This document shows, in pieces, positions 13,401 through 27,300 of a stretch of DNA of 64,000 bases. The DNA is taken from NCBI RefSeq assembly GCF_009914755.1, contig NC_060925.1; one strand, given 5' to 3'. The position numbers and the translations under genes are program-made. The notes under the pieces are model-generated. The model worked only from the letters and a program-made list of their open reading frames with translations, had not been told where the DNA came from and ran no database searches. The stretch is from the human T2T-CHM13v2.0 reference genome, Homo sapiens. Position 1 is the first letter of the stretch. Each line of letters begins with the position of its first letter.

Positions 13401-15974
13401 GGAGTGGAGTGGAATGGATTGGAGTGGAACGTGGTGGACTGGAGTGGATTGGAATTAAATGGAGTGGAATGGAATGGAATGGAGTGTAATGGAATGGTAT
13501 GGAACGGAATGAAATGAAATTGAACGGAATGGAATGAAATGGAATGGAATGCAATGTAGTGGGGTGGAGTGGAATGGAATTGAGTAAAGCGCAATTGAAT
13601 AGAATCGAAAGGAATGGAGTGGAATGGAGTGGAATGGAATGAAATGTTATCGAATGGAATGGAATGGAGTGGAATGGAATGGAACTGTGTGGATTGGAGT
13701 GGAATGTACTGGAGTTGAATTTTATGGAGCGGAGTGGAGAGCAAGGGGATGGAATGGATTGGAGTGGAGTGGAATGGAATGGAACTGAGTGGAGTGGAAT
13801 GGATTGGAACGCAATTGAATGGAATGGAATGGAATTCAGTGGAACGGAATGGAGTGGAATAGAATGGAACGGTGTGTAGTGGAATGGAATGGAATGGAAT
13901 GGCATAGAATAAACTGGAATGGAATGGAGTGGAAGGGAATGGAATGGAATGGAATGGAATGGAATGGAATGGAATGGAGTGGAATGGAGTGGAATGTAAA
14001 GGAATGGAATAGAGTGGAATGCAAAGGAATGGAATAGAGTGGAGTGGAATGGAAGGGAAAGGAATGGAATGGAAAGGAATGGAATGGAATGGAATGGAGT
14101 GGAATGGAATGGAATGCAGTGGAATGGAATGGAAATAAGTGGAGTGGAGTGGAATGGAATGGAGTGGAATGGTATGGAGTGGAGCGGAGTGGAATGGGTT
14201 GGAATAGAATGGAGTGGAGTCGAATGGAATGGAACTAAGTGGAGTGGAATGGAATGCAATGCAATGGAATGAAATGGAATGGAAAGGAATGGAAGACAAT
14301 GGAATGGATTGGAATGGAATGGAATGCAGTGGAGTGGAATTGAATGGAATGGAGTGGATTGGAATGGAATGGAATGTAATCGAGGGAAGTGGAATGGAAT
14401 CGAATGTAGTGGAATGGAGCGGAATGGAGTGGAGTGGAAGGGAATGGAATGGAATGGAGTGGACTCGAATGGAGTTGATTGGAGTGCCATGGAGTGGGGT
14501 GGAATGGAATAGACGGAATGGAATGGAATGGAATGGAATGGAATGGAATGGAATGGAATGGAGTGTTGTGGAATGAAATGGAATGGGGTGGAATGGAGGC
14601 CGTTGAATGGAGTGGTATGGAATGGAATGGAGTGGAGTGGAGTGGAGTGAAATGGATTGGAGTGGAATGGAATTGAATGCAGTGGAGTGGAATGGAATGC
14701 AATAGAAAGGAATAGAATGGAATTGGGAGGAAGGGCGTGGGTTGGCATGATATTGAAAGGGATGGAGAGGAGTGAAATGGAATGGAACGGAATGGAGTGG
14801 AGTGGAATGGAATGGAGTGGAATAAAGAGGAGTGGAATGCAATGGAGTGCAGTGGAGTGGAATGAAATTGAGTGGAATGGAGTGGAGAGGAATGGAATGG
14901 AACAGAACAGAGTGGAATGGAATGGAATGGTGTGGAATGGAGTGGAATGGGGTGGAGTGGTATGGAATGGAGTAGAGAGAAATGGAATGAAAGGAATGGA
15001 ATGCAATGAAATGGAATCGAATGCAATGCAGTGTAATTGAATGGAATGTGATGGAATGTAATGGATTGGAATGGATTGGAGTGGAGTGGAGAGGAATGGA
15101 ATGGACTGCAGTGGAGTGGAATGGAATGGAATGGTGAGGAGAGGAGTGGATTGGAATGGAATGGAGTGGAATGTAGTGGAGTGGAGTGCATTAGAATGGA
15201 ATGGAGTGGAATGGAAGGAAATGCAGTGGAATGGAACGAAATGGAATGAAACGCAATGGCGTGGGGTGGAGTGGAATGGAATTCAGTGGAGTGGAATGGA
15301 ATGGATGGGAATGAAACGGAATGGAATGGAAGCAATGGAATTGATTGGAGTGGAGTGAAGTGGGGTCGAGTGGAGTGAAATTGAATAGAATGTAATGGAA
15401 TGGAATGGAAGGGTATGCAGTGGAGTGGAATGTAATGGTGTGGAATGGAGTGGAGTGGAATGGAATGGGGTGGAATGGAATGGAGTGAAATAGAATTGAG
15501 TGATGTAGAATGGAAATGAAAGGAATAGAATAGAATGGAGTGCAGTGGAGTGGGGTCGAGTGGATGGTAATTGAATGGAATGGAATGGATTGGGGTGGAA
15601 TGAAGTGTATTGGAGTGGAATGGATTGGAATGGAATGGAATGCAATGGAGTGGACTGGAATGGAGTCGAGAGGAATGAAGAGGAATGGAAGGAAGTGGAA
15701 CGAAGTGGAATGGATTTGAATGTAATGGAAAGGACTGAAATGGAATGCAGTGGAGTGGAAAGAAATGGAGTGGAGTGGAATTGAATGGAGTGGAATGGAA
15801 TGGAGTGTTGTGTAGTGCAATGGAATATAGAGTGGCATAGAGACGAGTGGATTGGAATGGAACGGAGTGGAGTGGAATGGAATGGAATGGAGTTGAATGG
15901 ACTGGAGTGAAGTGGAATGGAGTGGAGTGGAATGGAATGGAATGGAATGGAATATAATAGAACGGAATGGAATG

Positions 15975-16120
15975 GAATGGAATGGAAAGGAACAGAATGG
16001 AATGGAATGGATTGAAGTGGAATTGAATGGAATGGAATGGAATGGAATGGAGTGGAATGGAAAGGAACAGAATGGAATGGAATGGATTGAAGTGGAATTG
16101 AATGGAATGGAATGGAATTG
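15975..16120 (+). repeat. 75-bp tandem duplication
   Basis: AACAGAATGGAATGGAATGGATTGAAGTGGAATTGAATGG at 15991 and 16066. Confidence 0.88.
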
Positions 16121-16339
16121 AATGGAGTGGAATGGATTGGTATGGAATGGAAGGGAGTGCAGTGTCATGACATGGAATGGAGTGGAGATGAATGCAATGG
16201 AGGGGAGTGGAATGAAATGCAATGGAACGGATTGTAGTGTACTGAAACGAAATGGAGTGGAGTTGAATGCAGTGGAGTGGAGTGGAATTCAGTGGAATGG
16301 AATGGAAAGGAATGGAGTGGAAAGCAATGGAATGGAATG

Positions 16340-19300
16340 GTATGGAATGGAATGTAGTGGAGAGAAATGCAGTGCAGTGGAGTGTAATGGAATGGAATGG
16401 GAAGGAGTGCAATGGAATGGAATGGAATGGAATGGAATAGAAAGGAAAGGAATGGAATGGAGTGTGTTGGAGTGGAATGGAAATAAGTGGAGTGGAATAG
16501 AATGGAACGGAATGGAAATGAACGGAATGGAATGCAAATAAATTGAGTGGATTGGAGTGGATTGGAGCTGGGTCGATTGGAATGAAATTCAATGGAATGG
16601 AAAGAAATGGATTGGAATGTAATGCAGTGGAATAGATTGGAGTGGACTGGAGTAGAGTGGAATGGAATGGAATGGATTGCAATGGAATGGGGTGGAATGG
16701 AATGGAGTGGAATGGAATGGAGGGGAATGAATTGGTGAGAATGGAATGCAGTGGAGTGGAGTGGGGGGGAGGGGTGGACTGGAATGGATTGCACCGTAAT
16801 GGAATGGAGTGGAATGGAATGGAGTGGATTTGAATGTAGTGGTATGGAGTTGAGTGGAGTGGAAAGGAATGTAATGGAATGGAGAGGAGTGAAATGGAAT
16901 GCAGTGGAGTGGAGAGGAGTGAATTGGAGTGGAGTGGAATGGATTGGACCGGAATGGAATGCAATGGAATGGAATGGAATCGAGAGGATTGGAATAGAAT
17001 GGAATGGAATGGAATGGAATGGAATGGAATGGAATGGAATCGAGAGTAATGGAATGGTAAGGAATTGAATGCAATGGAATGGAATGAAATGGAATGGAAT
17101 GGATTCGAATGGAATGGAATGGAATGGAATGGAATGGAATGGAATGGAATGGAATGGAATGGAATGGAATGCAGTGGAGTGGAGTGGAGAGGAATGGAGT
17201 GGAATGGAATGGACCGGAATGGAATGGAATGGAATGGAGAGGAATAAAGTGGAGTGGAATGGAATTGAGTGGAATGGAGTGGAGTTGAGTGAAATGGAAT
17301 GCAGTGGAATGGAGAAGAATGGAGTGGAATGGAATGTAATGGAGTGGAGTGTAATAGAATGGAATGGAATGGAGTGTAACAGAAAGCATGGAATAGAATG
17401 GAAAGGAGGGGAGGGGAGTGGAATGGAATGGAGTGGAATTGAATGGAATGGAGTGGAATGGAATGGAATGGAGTGGAGAGGAGTTGAATGGTATGAAATG
17501 GAGTGGAATGGAATGGAATGGAATGGAGTGAAAGGTATCGAATGGTTTCGAGTGGAATGGAATTCAATTGAAAGCAAAGGAGTGGAATGGAATAGAGTGG
17601 AATGGAATAGAGTTGAATGGAATGGAAGGGAATAGAGTGGAATGGAATTGATTGGAATGGAATGGAATGAAATGGAATGGAAAGGAATGGAATGAAATGG
17701 AATGGAAAGGAATGGAATGAAATTGAATGGAATGGAATGGAATGGAATGAAGTGAAATGGAATGGAATGGAATGGAGTGGAATGGAGTGGAATGGAGTGG
17801 AATTGAACTTATTAGAGTGGAATGGAATGGGATGGAAAAGAATGGAATGGAATGGATTGGAATGTAGTGGAGTGGAAAGGAATGGAGTGGAGTGGAATGG
17901 AATGGAATGGATTGAAACGGAGTGGAATAGAACGAATTGAATGCTGTGGAATAGAGGGGAATGGATTGGAATGGAATGTATTGGAGTTGAATGGAGCAGA
18001 GTGGAATGGAATGCAGAGGTATGGAATGGAGAGGAATGGAATTAAAGGATATGGAATGGAATGGAAAGGACTGGAATGGAATGGAATCTAGTGGAATGCA
18101 GTGGAAAGGAATGTAATGGCAGTGAATGGAATAAATTGGAATGGAGTGGAATGGAATGGAATGCAGGGGAATGGAATGGAATGGAATGGAATGGAATGGA
18201 ATGGAATGGAATGGAATGGAGTGGAATGGAATGGAGTGGAGTGGAATGGAACGGAATGGAATGGAGTGGCGTGGAATGGAATGCAGTGGAAAGAGATGTA
18301 ATGGAATGGAATGTATTTCAGTGGAATGGAGAGTAGTGAAGAGGATTGGAATAAAATGGAATGGAATGGAGAGGAGGTGATCGGAGTGGAATGGAAACGA
18401 GTAGAATCTACCTGAGTAGTGTGGATTGGAATTGAATGTGGTGGAATGGAAAGGAGTGGAATAGAAAGGAATGGTATTGAATGAAATGGAATGGAGTGGA
18501 ATGGATTGAAGTGGAATTTGGTCAATTTGAATGAAATTGAAGTTGGATCAAGTTGAATGGAATGGAATTGACTGCAATGGAATTGAATGGAACGGAATAG
18601 AATGGAATTCAGCAGATTGGAGTGGATAGGAGTGTAAGGGAATGGACTGGAAAGGAATTGAATGGAATGGAGTGGAATGGAATTGTGTGGAATGGAATGG
18701 AGAGGAATAGAATTGGGTGGAATGGAATGGATTGGAGTGGAGTGGAGTGGAACGGAATGGAGAGGAATAGAATGGAATAGAATTGAGTGGAATGGAATGA
18801 ATGGAATGGAATGGAATGGAGTGGAATGGAATGGAATGGAATGGAATGAAATGGAATGGAATGGAAATGAGGGGAGTGTAGTGGAATGGAAAGGAGTGGA
18901 CTGGAGTGGAGCGGAATGTAATTTAATGGAATGGAATAGAATGGAAGGGAATGGAATGGAGTGGAGAGAAATGCAGTGGGGTGGATTGAAATGGAGTGGA
19001 ATGGAAAGGAATGGAAAGGGAAGTAGTGGAATGGAACGGAATGGAAGAGAATTAAATGTAATGGAAAGGAAAGGAATGGAGTGTGGTGGAGTGGAATTTA
19101 AATGAGTGGAAAGGAATAGAAAGGAATGGAATGAAAAAGAACGGAACGGAATAGAATTGAATGGAGTGGAGGGTAGTGGATTGGAGGTGGGTCGATAGGA
19201 GTGAACTTCAATGGAATGGAAAGGAATGGATTGGAATGGAATGCAGTGGAATAGAACGGAGTGGATTGGAGTAAAGTGCAATGAAATGGACTGGAATGGA

Positions 19301-21400
19301 ATGGAATGGAATGGATTGGAATGGAATGGGGTGGAAGGGAATGGACTGGAGTGGAATGGAATGGAGTGGAAAGGAATGGAGAGGAATTGAATGGAGTGGT
19401 ATGGAGTTGAGTGGAGTGAAAAGGAGTGGAATGGAATTGAGTGGAGTGGAATGGAATGCAGTGGAGTGGAGATGAGTGGAATGGAGTGGAGTGGAATGGA
19501 ATGGACAGGAATGGAATGGAATGGAATGGAAAGGAATGGAATGCAATGGTATGGAATCGAGAGGATTGAAATGGAATGGAATGGAATGAAATGGAATGGA
19601 ATCGAGAGGAATGGAATGGATAGGAATGGAATGCAATGGAATGGAATGGAATGGAATGGATTGCAGTGAGGTGGAGTGGAGAGTAGTGGAGTGGAATGGA
19701 ATGGAATGGAGGGGAGTGGAGAGGAATGGAATGGAATGTAATGCATGGAATGGAATGGAAAGGAGGGGAGTGGAGAGGAATGGAATGGAATGCATGGAAT
19801 GGAATGGAAAGGAGGGGAGTGGAGTGGAATGGAATAGAATGGAATGGAATGGAGTGGAATGGAGTGGAATGGAATGGAATGGAACATAGTGGAATGGAGT
19901 GGAGTGGAGTTGAATGGTATGGAATGGAGTGGAATGGAATGGAATGGAATGGAATGGAGTGAAAGTTATCAAATGCTTAAAAGTGAAATGGAATGGAATG
20001 GAATGCAAAGGAGTGGAATGGAGTAGAGTGGAATGGAATGGAACGGAGTGTAGTGGAATGGAAAGGAATGGAATTGAATTGAGTAGAGTGGAATGGAGTG
20101 AACACGAGTGGAATGGGGTGGAATGGAATGGAGTGGAATGGAATGAAATGGAAAGGAATGGAATGGAATTGAGTGGAATATAATGGAATGGAATGAAATG
20201 GAAAGGAATGGAATGGAATGGAGTGGAATGTAGTGGAATTGAATGGATCAGAGTGGAATGAAATGGAATAGAAAGGAAGGGAATGGAATTGAATGGAGTG
20301 AATGGAATGGAACGGGATGGAATGGAATGGAGTGAATGTAATGGAACGGTAAGGAATCGAATGGAATGGAAAGTAATGGAGTTGACGGGAGTGTAATCGA
20401 ATTGATGGATGTCGAATGCAATAGAATGGAATGGAATGGAATGGAATGTACTGGAATGGAATGGAATGTAGTGGAGTGGAATTGAATGCAGTGTAATGGA
20501 ATGGAGTGGAGTGGAGTGGTATGGAATTGAGTGGAATGGAATTAAAGGATATGGAATTGAATGGAAAGGAGTGGAATGGAATTTAATGGAATGGAGTCTA
20601 GAAGAATGCAGTGGAAATGAATGTAATGGAAGGGAATGGAATGGATTGGAATGGAATGGAATGGAATAGAATGTAGAGGAATAGAATGTAACAGAATGGA
20701 ATGGAGTGGAACGGAGTGGTGTGTAATGGAGTGGAATGGAATGGAATGCAATGCAATGGAGTGGAATGGAATGCAGTGGAAAGAAATGCAATGGAATGGA
20801 ATGGATTTGAGTGGAATGGAGAGTAGTGGAGAAGAATGGAATAAAATGGAATGGAATGGAGAGGAGGTGAGGGGAGTGGAATGGAACGGAGTGGAATGTA
20901 GTTGATTAAAGTGGATTGGAATGGAATGGGGTGGAATGGAATAGAAAGGAGTGGAATAGAATGGAATGGGATTATATAGAATGGAATTGATTGGAATGGA
21001 TTGAAGTGGAGTTCCGTCAAGTTGAATGAAATTGAAGTTGGGTCAAGTTGAATGGAATGGAATGGATTGCAATAAAATGGAATGGAATGGAATAGACTGG
21101 AATTCAGTCGATTGGAGTATATAGGAGTGGAAGGGAATGGACCGGAAAGGAATGGAAGGGAATGGAGAGGAATGGAATGGGGTGGAAAAGAATGGAATGG
21201 AATGGAATGGAGTGGAATGGATTGGAGTGGAGTGGAGTGGAAAGGAAGGGAGAGGAATAGAATGGAATGGAATTGAGTGGAGTGGAATGAATGGAATGGA
21301 ATGGAGTGGAATGCAATGGAATGGAAAGGAATGGAATGGAATATAATGGATATGAGGGGAGTGTAGTGGAATGGAATGGAGTGGAATGGAGAGAAGGGGA
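16340..21400 (+). repeat. Diverged ~2.5-2.6 kb tandem duplication (two copies, junction near 18940)
   Basis: Collinear landmarks: GAGAAATGCAGTG ~16360/18965; GGGTCGAT 16570/19189; CGAGAGGATTG 16981/~19558; GAAAGKTATC 17530/19961; ATTAAAGGATATGG 18041/20541; GTCAAKTTGAATGAAATTGAAGTTGGRTCAAGTTG ~18521/~21016; ATGAGGGGAGTGTAGTGG ~18867/21352. Confidence 0.8.
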
Positions 21401-22049
21401 ATTGAATGGAATGGATTGGAGTGGAGTGGAATGGAATGGAGTGGAATGGAATGGAGTGGAGTGGAGTGGAATGGAATGTGGTGAAATAGAGTGGAGTGGA
21501 ATGGAATGGAGTGGAGGGGAATGGAATGGAATGGAATGGATTGGAGTGGAGTGGAATGGAATGCAATGTAGTGTAATGGAATCGAATGGAAAGGTATGGA
21601 ATGGAATGGAATGGAGTGTAATGGAATGGAATGGACTGGAATGGAATGGAATGGAATGGAGTGGAGTGGAATGGAATGGAGTTTAATGGAGTAGAGTGGA
21701 ATGGAATGCAATGTTGTGGAATGGTGTGGATTGGAATGGAGTGGAGTGGAATGGAATGGAGTTTAATGGAGTAGAGTGGAATGGAAAGCAGTGGCGTGGA
21801 AAGCAGTGGAATGGAATCGAGTAGAATGGAATGCAGTGGAATGCAATGGAGTGGAGTCTAGTGGAATAGAATGGAGTGGAAAGGAGTCGAGTGGAGTGGA
21901 ATGGAGTCAAGTGGAGTGGAATGGAATGGTGTGCAATGCAGGGGAATAAAAAGAAAAGGAATGGAATGGAATGGAATGCAATTGAAAAGGGTTGAATGGA
22001 GTGGAATGGAATGGAATTGAAAAGAGTTGAAAGGAGTGGAATGGAATGG

Positions 22050-23750
22050 AATGGAAGGGAAATGAATCGAATGGAATGGCATGGAATGGAATCGAATGCA
22101 GTGGAACGGAATGGAATGGAATGGATTGGAGTGGAATACAGTCGATTGGAGTGGAATGAAATGAAGTGGAATGGGGAGGAGGGGATTGGGGTGGAATGGA
22201 ATGGAGTGGAACGTAGTGGAGTGGAGTGGATTATAATGCAATGTAGTGGAATGGAATAGAAAGGAATGGAATGGAAAATAATGGAATGGCATGAAATGGA
22301 GAGGAATAGAATGGACTGGGGTGGGGTGGAATGGAATTGAGTGGATTGGAATAGAAAGGTAAGGAATGGAATGGAATGGAGTGGAATGGAGAAGAGTGGA
22401 GATGAGTCGAGTGGAATGGAACGGAGTTGTATGGAATGGAATGGAATTAAGAGGAGTGGAATGAATGGAATGGAATGGAATGGAATAGAGTGGAATGGAA
22501 TGGAGTGGAATGGAATGGAACGGAATGGAAAGGAAAAGAGGGGTGTGTAGTGGAATGGAATGGAGTGGAATACAGTGAAGTGGAATTTAATGGAATGGAT
22601 TGGAGTGGAGTGGAATGGAATGGAGTGGAATGGAATGAGTGGAATGGAATTGAGTAGAGTTGAGTAGAATGGAATGGTGTGAAATAGAGTAGAGTGGAAT
22701 GGAATGATCAGGAGTGGAGTAGAGTTGAATGAAAAGGAACCGAGTATAGTGGAATGGAATGAAATGAAATGGAATGGATTGGAGAGGAATGGAGTGGAGT
22801 GGAGTGGAATGAAGTTGAATGGCGTGGGGTGTAAAGGAATCCAAAGGAAAGAAATGGAATGGAATGGAATGGATTGGAGTGGAGTGAATTTAAATGGAGT
22901 GGAGTGGAAAGGACTGGAATACAATGGAATGGAATGGAATGGATTCGATTGGAGAGGTGTAAAATGGAATGGAATGTAGTGGACTGGAATGGAAGGGAAA
23001 GGAATGGAAAGGAATGGAATGGAATGGAATGGAATGGAATGGAATGGAATGGAATGGAATGGAGTGGAATGGAATGGAATGGAGTGGAATGGAATGGACT
23101 GGAGTGGAATGGAATGGAGTGGAGTGGAATGGATTGGAGTTTTATGGAGTGGAATGGAATGGAATGGAACGGCCTGGAATGGAGTGGAATCGATTAGAGT
23201 AGAATGGAATGGAGTTGAATGGAATGGTGTGGATTCTAGTGGAATGGAATTGAGTGGAATGGAGTTGAGTGGAGTGGAATGGAGTGATATGGAATGCAAG
23301 GGAATGGAAAGGAATGGAATGGAATGGAATGGAATGGAATGGAATGGAATAGAGTGGAAAGGAGTGGAGTGGAATGGAATGGAAGGGAAATGAATGGAAT
23401 GGAATGGCATGGAATGGAATTGAATGCAGTGGGATGGAATTGAGCAGAATGGTTTGGAGAGGAATGGAGTGGATTGGAATGGAATGGAATGGAACGGAAT
23501 GAAATGGAGAGGAAGGGAGTGGGTTGGAATGGAATGGAGTGGAATATAGTGGAGAGGAATGGACAATAATGGAATGTAGTGGAATGGAATGTAAAGGAGT
23601 TTAATGGAAAGAAATGGAATGGCATGAAATGGAAAGGAGTAGAATGGATTGGGGTGGGGAGGAATGGACTTGAGTGGATTGGAATAGAAAGGAATGGAAT
23701 GGAATGGAATGGAGTGGAATGGAGTGGAGTGGAGATGAGTCGAGTGGAAA
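22050..23750 (+). repeat. ~400-bp block repeated at ~1.33 kb offset
   Basis: GGAAGGGAAATGAAT..GGCATGG 22053/23381; ATGGCATGAAATGG ~22286/~23619; GGAGATGAGTCGAGTGG 22398/23731. Confidence 0.78.
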
Positions 23751-24240
23751 GAAATTCAATGGAATGGAATGGAATGGAATGGAATGGAATGGAATGGAAT
23801 TGAGTGGCATGGAGTGGTATGGAATGAAACGGAGGGTAGTGGAATTGAATGTAACAGAATGGAACGGAATGTAGTGGAATTGAATGTAATAGAATGGAAC
23901 GGAGTGTAGTGGAATGGAGTGGAATGGAATGGAATGGAGTGGAATGGAATGGAATGGAATGGAATGGAAAGCAATGGAGTGAAATGGAATGGAACGGAAT
24001 GGAATGGAGTGGAGTGGAATGGAGTGGTATGGAATGGAACAGAGTATAAGGGAATGGAATGGAATGTAATGGAATGGAAAGGAATGGAGTGGAATGGAGT
24101 GGTATGCAATGAAACGGAGTGCAGTGGAATGGAATGGAACGGAGTGTAGTCGAATGAAATGGAATGGAGTGTAACGGAAAGGAATGGAATGGAATGGATT
24201 GGAGTGGAATGGAACGGCATGGAGTGGAGTCGAATGGATT

Positions 24241-24360
24241 GGAGTGCAGTGGAGTGGAACAGAGTGGCGTGGAATGGAATGCAATGGAATGGAATGGAGT
24301 GCAGTGGAGTGGAACAGAGTGGCATGGAATGGAATGCAATGGAATGGAATGGAGTGCAGT
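24241..24360 (+). repeat. 55-bp tandem duplication
   Basis: GGAGTGCAGTGGAGTGGAACAGAGTGGCRTGGAATGGAATGCAAT at 24241 and 24296. The copies differ by GGCGT versus GGCAT, a CpG-type transition. Confidence 0.9.
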
Positions 24361-27300
24361 GGATTGGAATGGAATGGAATGGAGTGGAGTGGAATGGAAT
24401 GGCATGGAATGGAATGGAATGGAATGAAATGGAGTGGAGTGGAATGGAATGGAATGGAATGGAATGGAATGGAATGGAGTGGAGTGGAGTGGAGTGGAGT
24501 GGAATGGTATGGAGTGGATTGGAATGGAGTAGAATGGAATGGAGTTGAGTTGATTGGAATTGAGTGGAGTGCAATGCAGTAGAGTGCAATGCATTGGATC
24601 TGTGTGTGGTAGAATGGAAAGGAATGGAATGGAATGGAGTGCAATGAAGTGTAGTGGAGTGGAATGAGTTGTAATGGATTGGTATAGAGTGGAGTAGAGT
24701 AGAGTGGAATGGAACGGAGTAGAGTGGAGTGGAATGGAATTTAAAGGAATGGAATTGAATTGAAAGCAGTGGAGTGGAATGGAGTGGAGTGGAGTGGAGT
24801 GGAATGGAATTGATGGAATGGAGAGGAGGGGTGTGGAATTGAATGAAATGGAGTGGAATGTACTGGAGTTGAGTGGATTGGAAAGGAATGTAGTGAAAGG
24901 GAAAGGAAATGTGTTGAATGGAATGGAATGAAATGTAATGGAATGGAATGGAGTGGAGTGGAGTGAAATGGAATTGAGTGGAGTGGAAGAAATGGGATGG
25001 AATGGAGTGGAGTCGAGTGGAGTGGGGTCGAGTGGAATGGAATGGAATTGAGTAAAGTGATATGGAATGGAATTCCATGGAGTGGAATGCAATGGAATGC
25101 AATGGAATTGAATGGAAAGGAGTGGAAAGGAGTGGAATAGAGTGTAGATGGGTGGAGTGGAATGGAATGGAGTGGAGTGAATTGCAATGGAATGGAATGC
25201 AAAGGAATGTAGTGGAGTGGAGTGAAATGAACTGGAGTGGAGTGAAACGGAATGGAATGGAATACAGTGGAATGTAGAGGGATGGAATGCAATGGAATGG
25301 AATGAAGTGGAATGGAATGGAAACGAAACGGTTGGGGTGGAGTGGAATAGTAGTGAGTGGAGTGGAGTGGAGTAGAGTGGAATGGAATGGAATAGAGTGG
25401 AGTAGAGCATAGTGGAGTGGAATGGAAAAGAGAGGAGTGGAGTGGAATGGAATGGAAAGCAATGGAATGGAATGGAATAGAGTGGAATGCAATGGAATGT
25501 AAAGGAATCGATTGGGAAGGAGTGGAATGGAAGTGAGTGGAGTAGAAGAGAATGCAATGGAATGGAATGGAGTGGAGTGGACTTGAATGCGGTCGAGTGT
25601 AATGGAATGGAATAGAGTGCAGTGGAATGCAATGGAATGGAAAGGAATGCAGTGGAATGGAATGGAATGGTTGGAATGGAATAGAATGGAGTAGAATGGA
25701 ATGCAATGGAATGGAATGGAATGGAGTGGAATGGAATGGAACGGAGTGGGATGGAGTGGCGTGTATGTGAATGCAATAAAATGGAGTGGAATAGAAAGAA
25801 ATGGAATGGAAATGAATGGAATCTAAAGGAGTGGATGGGCATGGATTGAAATGGAATGCAGTGGAATGTAGTGGAATGGAGTGGAGTAGAATGGAATGGA
25901 ATGGAAGGGAGTGGAGTGGAACGGTATGGATTGGAATTGAATGCAGTGGAATGGAATGGATTGGAGTGGAGTGAAATGGAATGGAGTGGAATGAAATGAA
26001 ACGGAGTGTAGTGGAATGGACTCGAATGGTATGGAATGGAAGTGAGTGGAATGGAATGGATTGGAATTGAATGGAATGTAATGAAGTGGAGTGGAATGAA
26101 ATTGAATGGAATGGAGTGCAGTGGAATGGAATAGAATGGAGTGGAATAGAATGGATTGGAATGGAATGGAATGCAATCTAATGGAATGCTATCGAATGGA
26201 ATAGAGTGGAGTGGAATGGAATGAAAATGAATGGAATTGAGTTGATTGGAATGTAATGGAATGGATTGGAATGGAATGGACTGGAATGGAATGCAATGGA
26301 ATGGATTGGAATGCATTGGAATGGAGTGGAGTGGAACAGAATGGCTGAACTGAAGTGGAATGGAATGGAATGGAATGGATTGGAATGGAATGAAATGGAA
26401 TGCAATGGAGTGCAGTGGAATGAAGTGGAGTGGAGTGAAATTGAATGGATTGGAACGGGATGGAATCGAGTGGAATGGAATGGAATGAAGTGGAATGCTG
26501 TGGAGTGGAGAGGAAGGGAGTGGAATGGAATGGAGTGGAGTGGAATGTAATAGAATGAAACTGAATCGAATGGAATGGAGTGGAGTGGAAGGGAGTGGAG
26601 TGCAGTGGAGTGGAATACAATTGAATGAAACAGAATGGAGTGGATGTTAGTGCAGTGGAATGGAATGGAGTGGAATGTACTTGATTTGCGGGGATTTAAA
26701 TGGAATGTAGTTGATTGGATTGGCAACAATTGGAATGGAATGTAATGGAAAGGAATGGAATTGAATGGAATGGAATGAAATGGAAAGAAAAGGAATGGAA
26801 CGGAACAGAGTGGTGTGGAGTGGAATGGAATTGAGTGAAGTGGAAGAGAATGGAATGGAATGGAATGGAATCGAGTGGAGTGGAGTTGGGTCGAGTGGAA
26901 TGGAACGGAATGGAGTGGAGTGGAATAGAATGGAATGGAGTGGAGTAGAATGAATTGGAAATCCATGTAAAGGAAAGGAATGGAATGGAATGGAAAGGAA
27001 CGGAATGGAATGGAGTGGACCGGAATGGAATGTATTGGAGTGGAAAGGAATGGTATTTAGTGGAATGGAATGGAAAGGAATGGAATGGAATGGAAAGAAA
27101 TGGAATGGGGTGGAATGGGGTGGAGTGGAATAGAATGGAATTCAATGGAAAGGAATGGAATGGAATGGAGTAGAATTGGATGGGATGGAATGGAATGGAT
27201 TGGAGTGGTGGGGAATAGAATGGAAGTGAGTGGAGTGGAATGCAATGAAATGCAATGGAGTGGAGTGGAGTGGAATGGAATTTAGTGGAATGGAATTGAG

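Noticed and set aside
11812-17567. Very long minus-strand ORFs (1064, 1006 and 1110 aa; also 1026, 952 and 907 aa elsewhere)
   Set aside because: Perfect (ATTCC)n has no stop codon in any frame and translates to IPFHS repeats. Overlapping ORFs occur in all frames with no domain, codon bias or frame preference.
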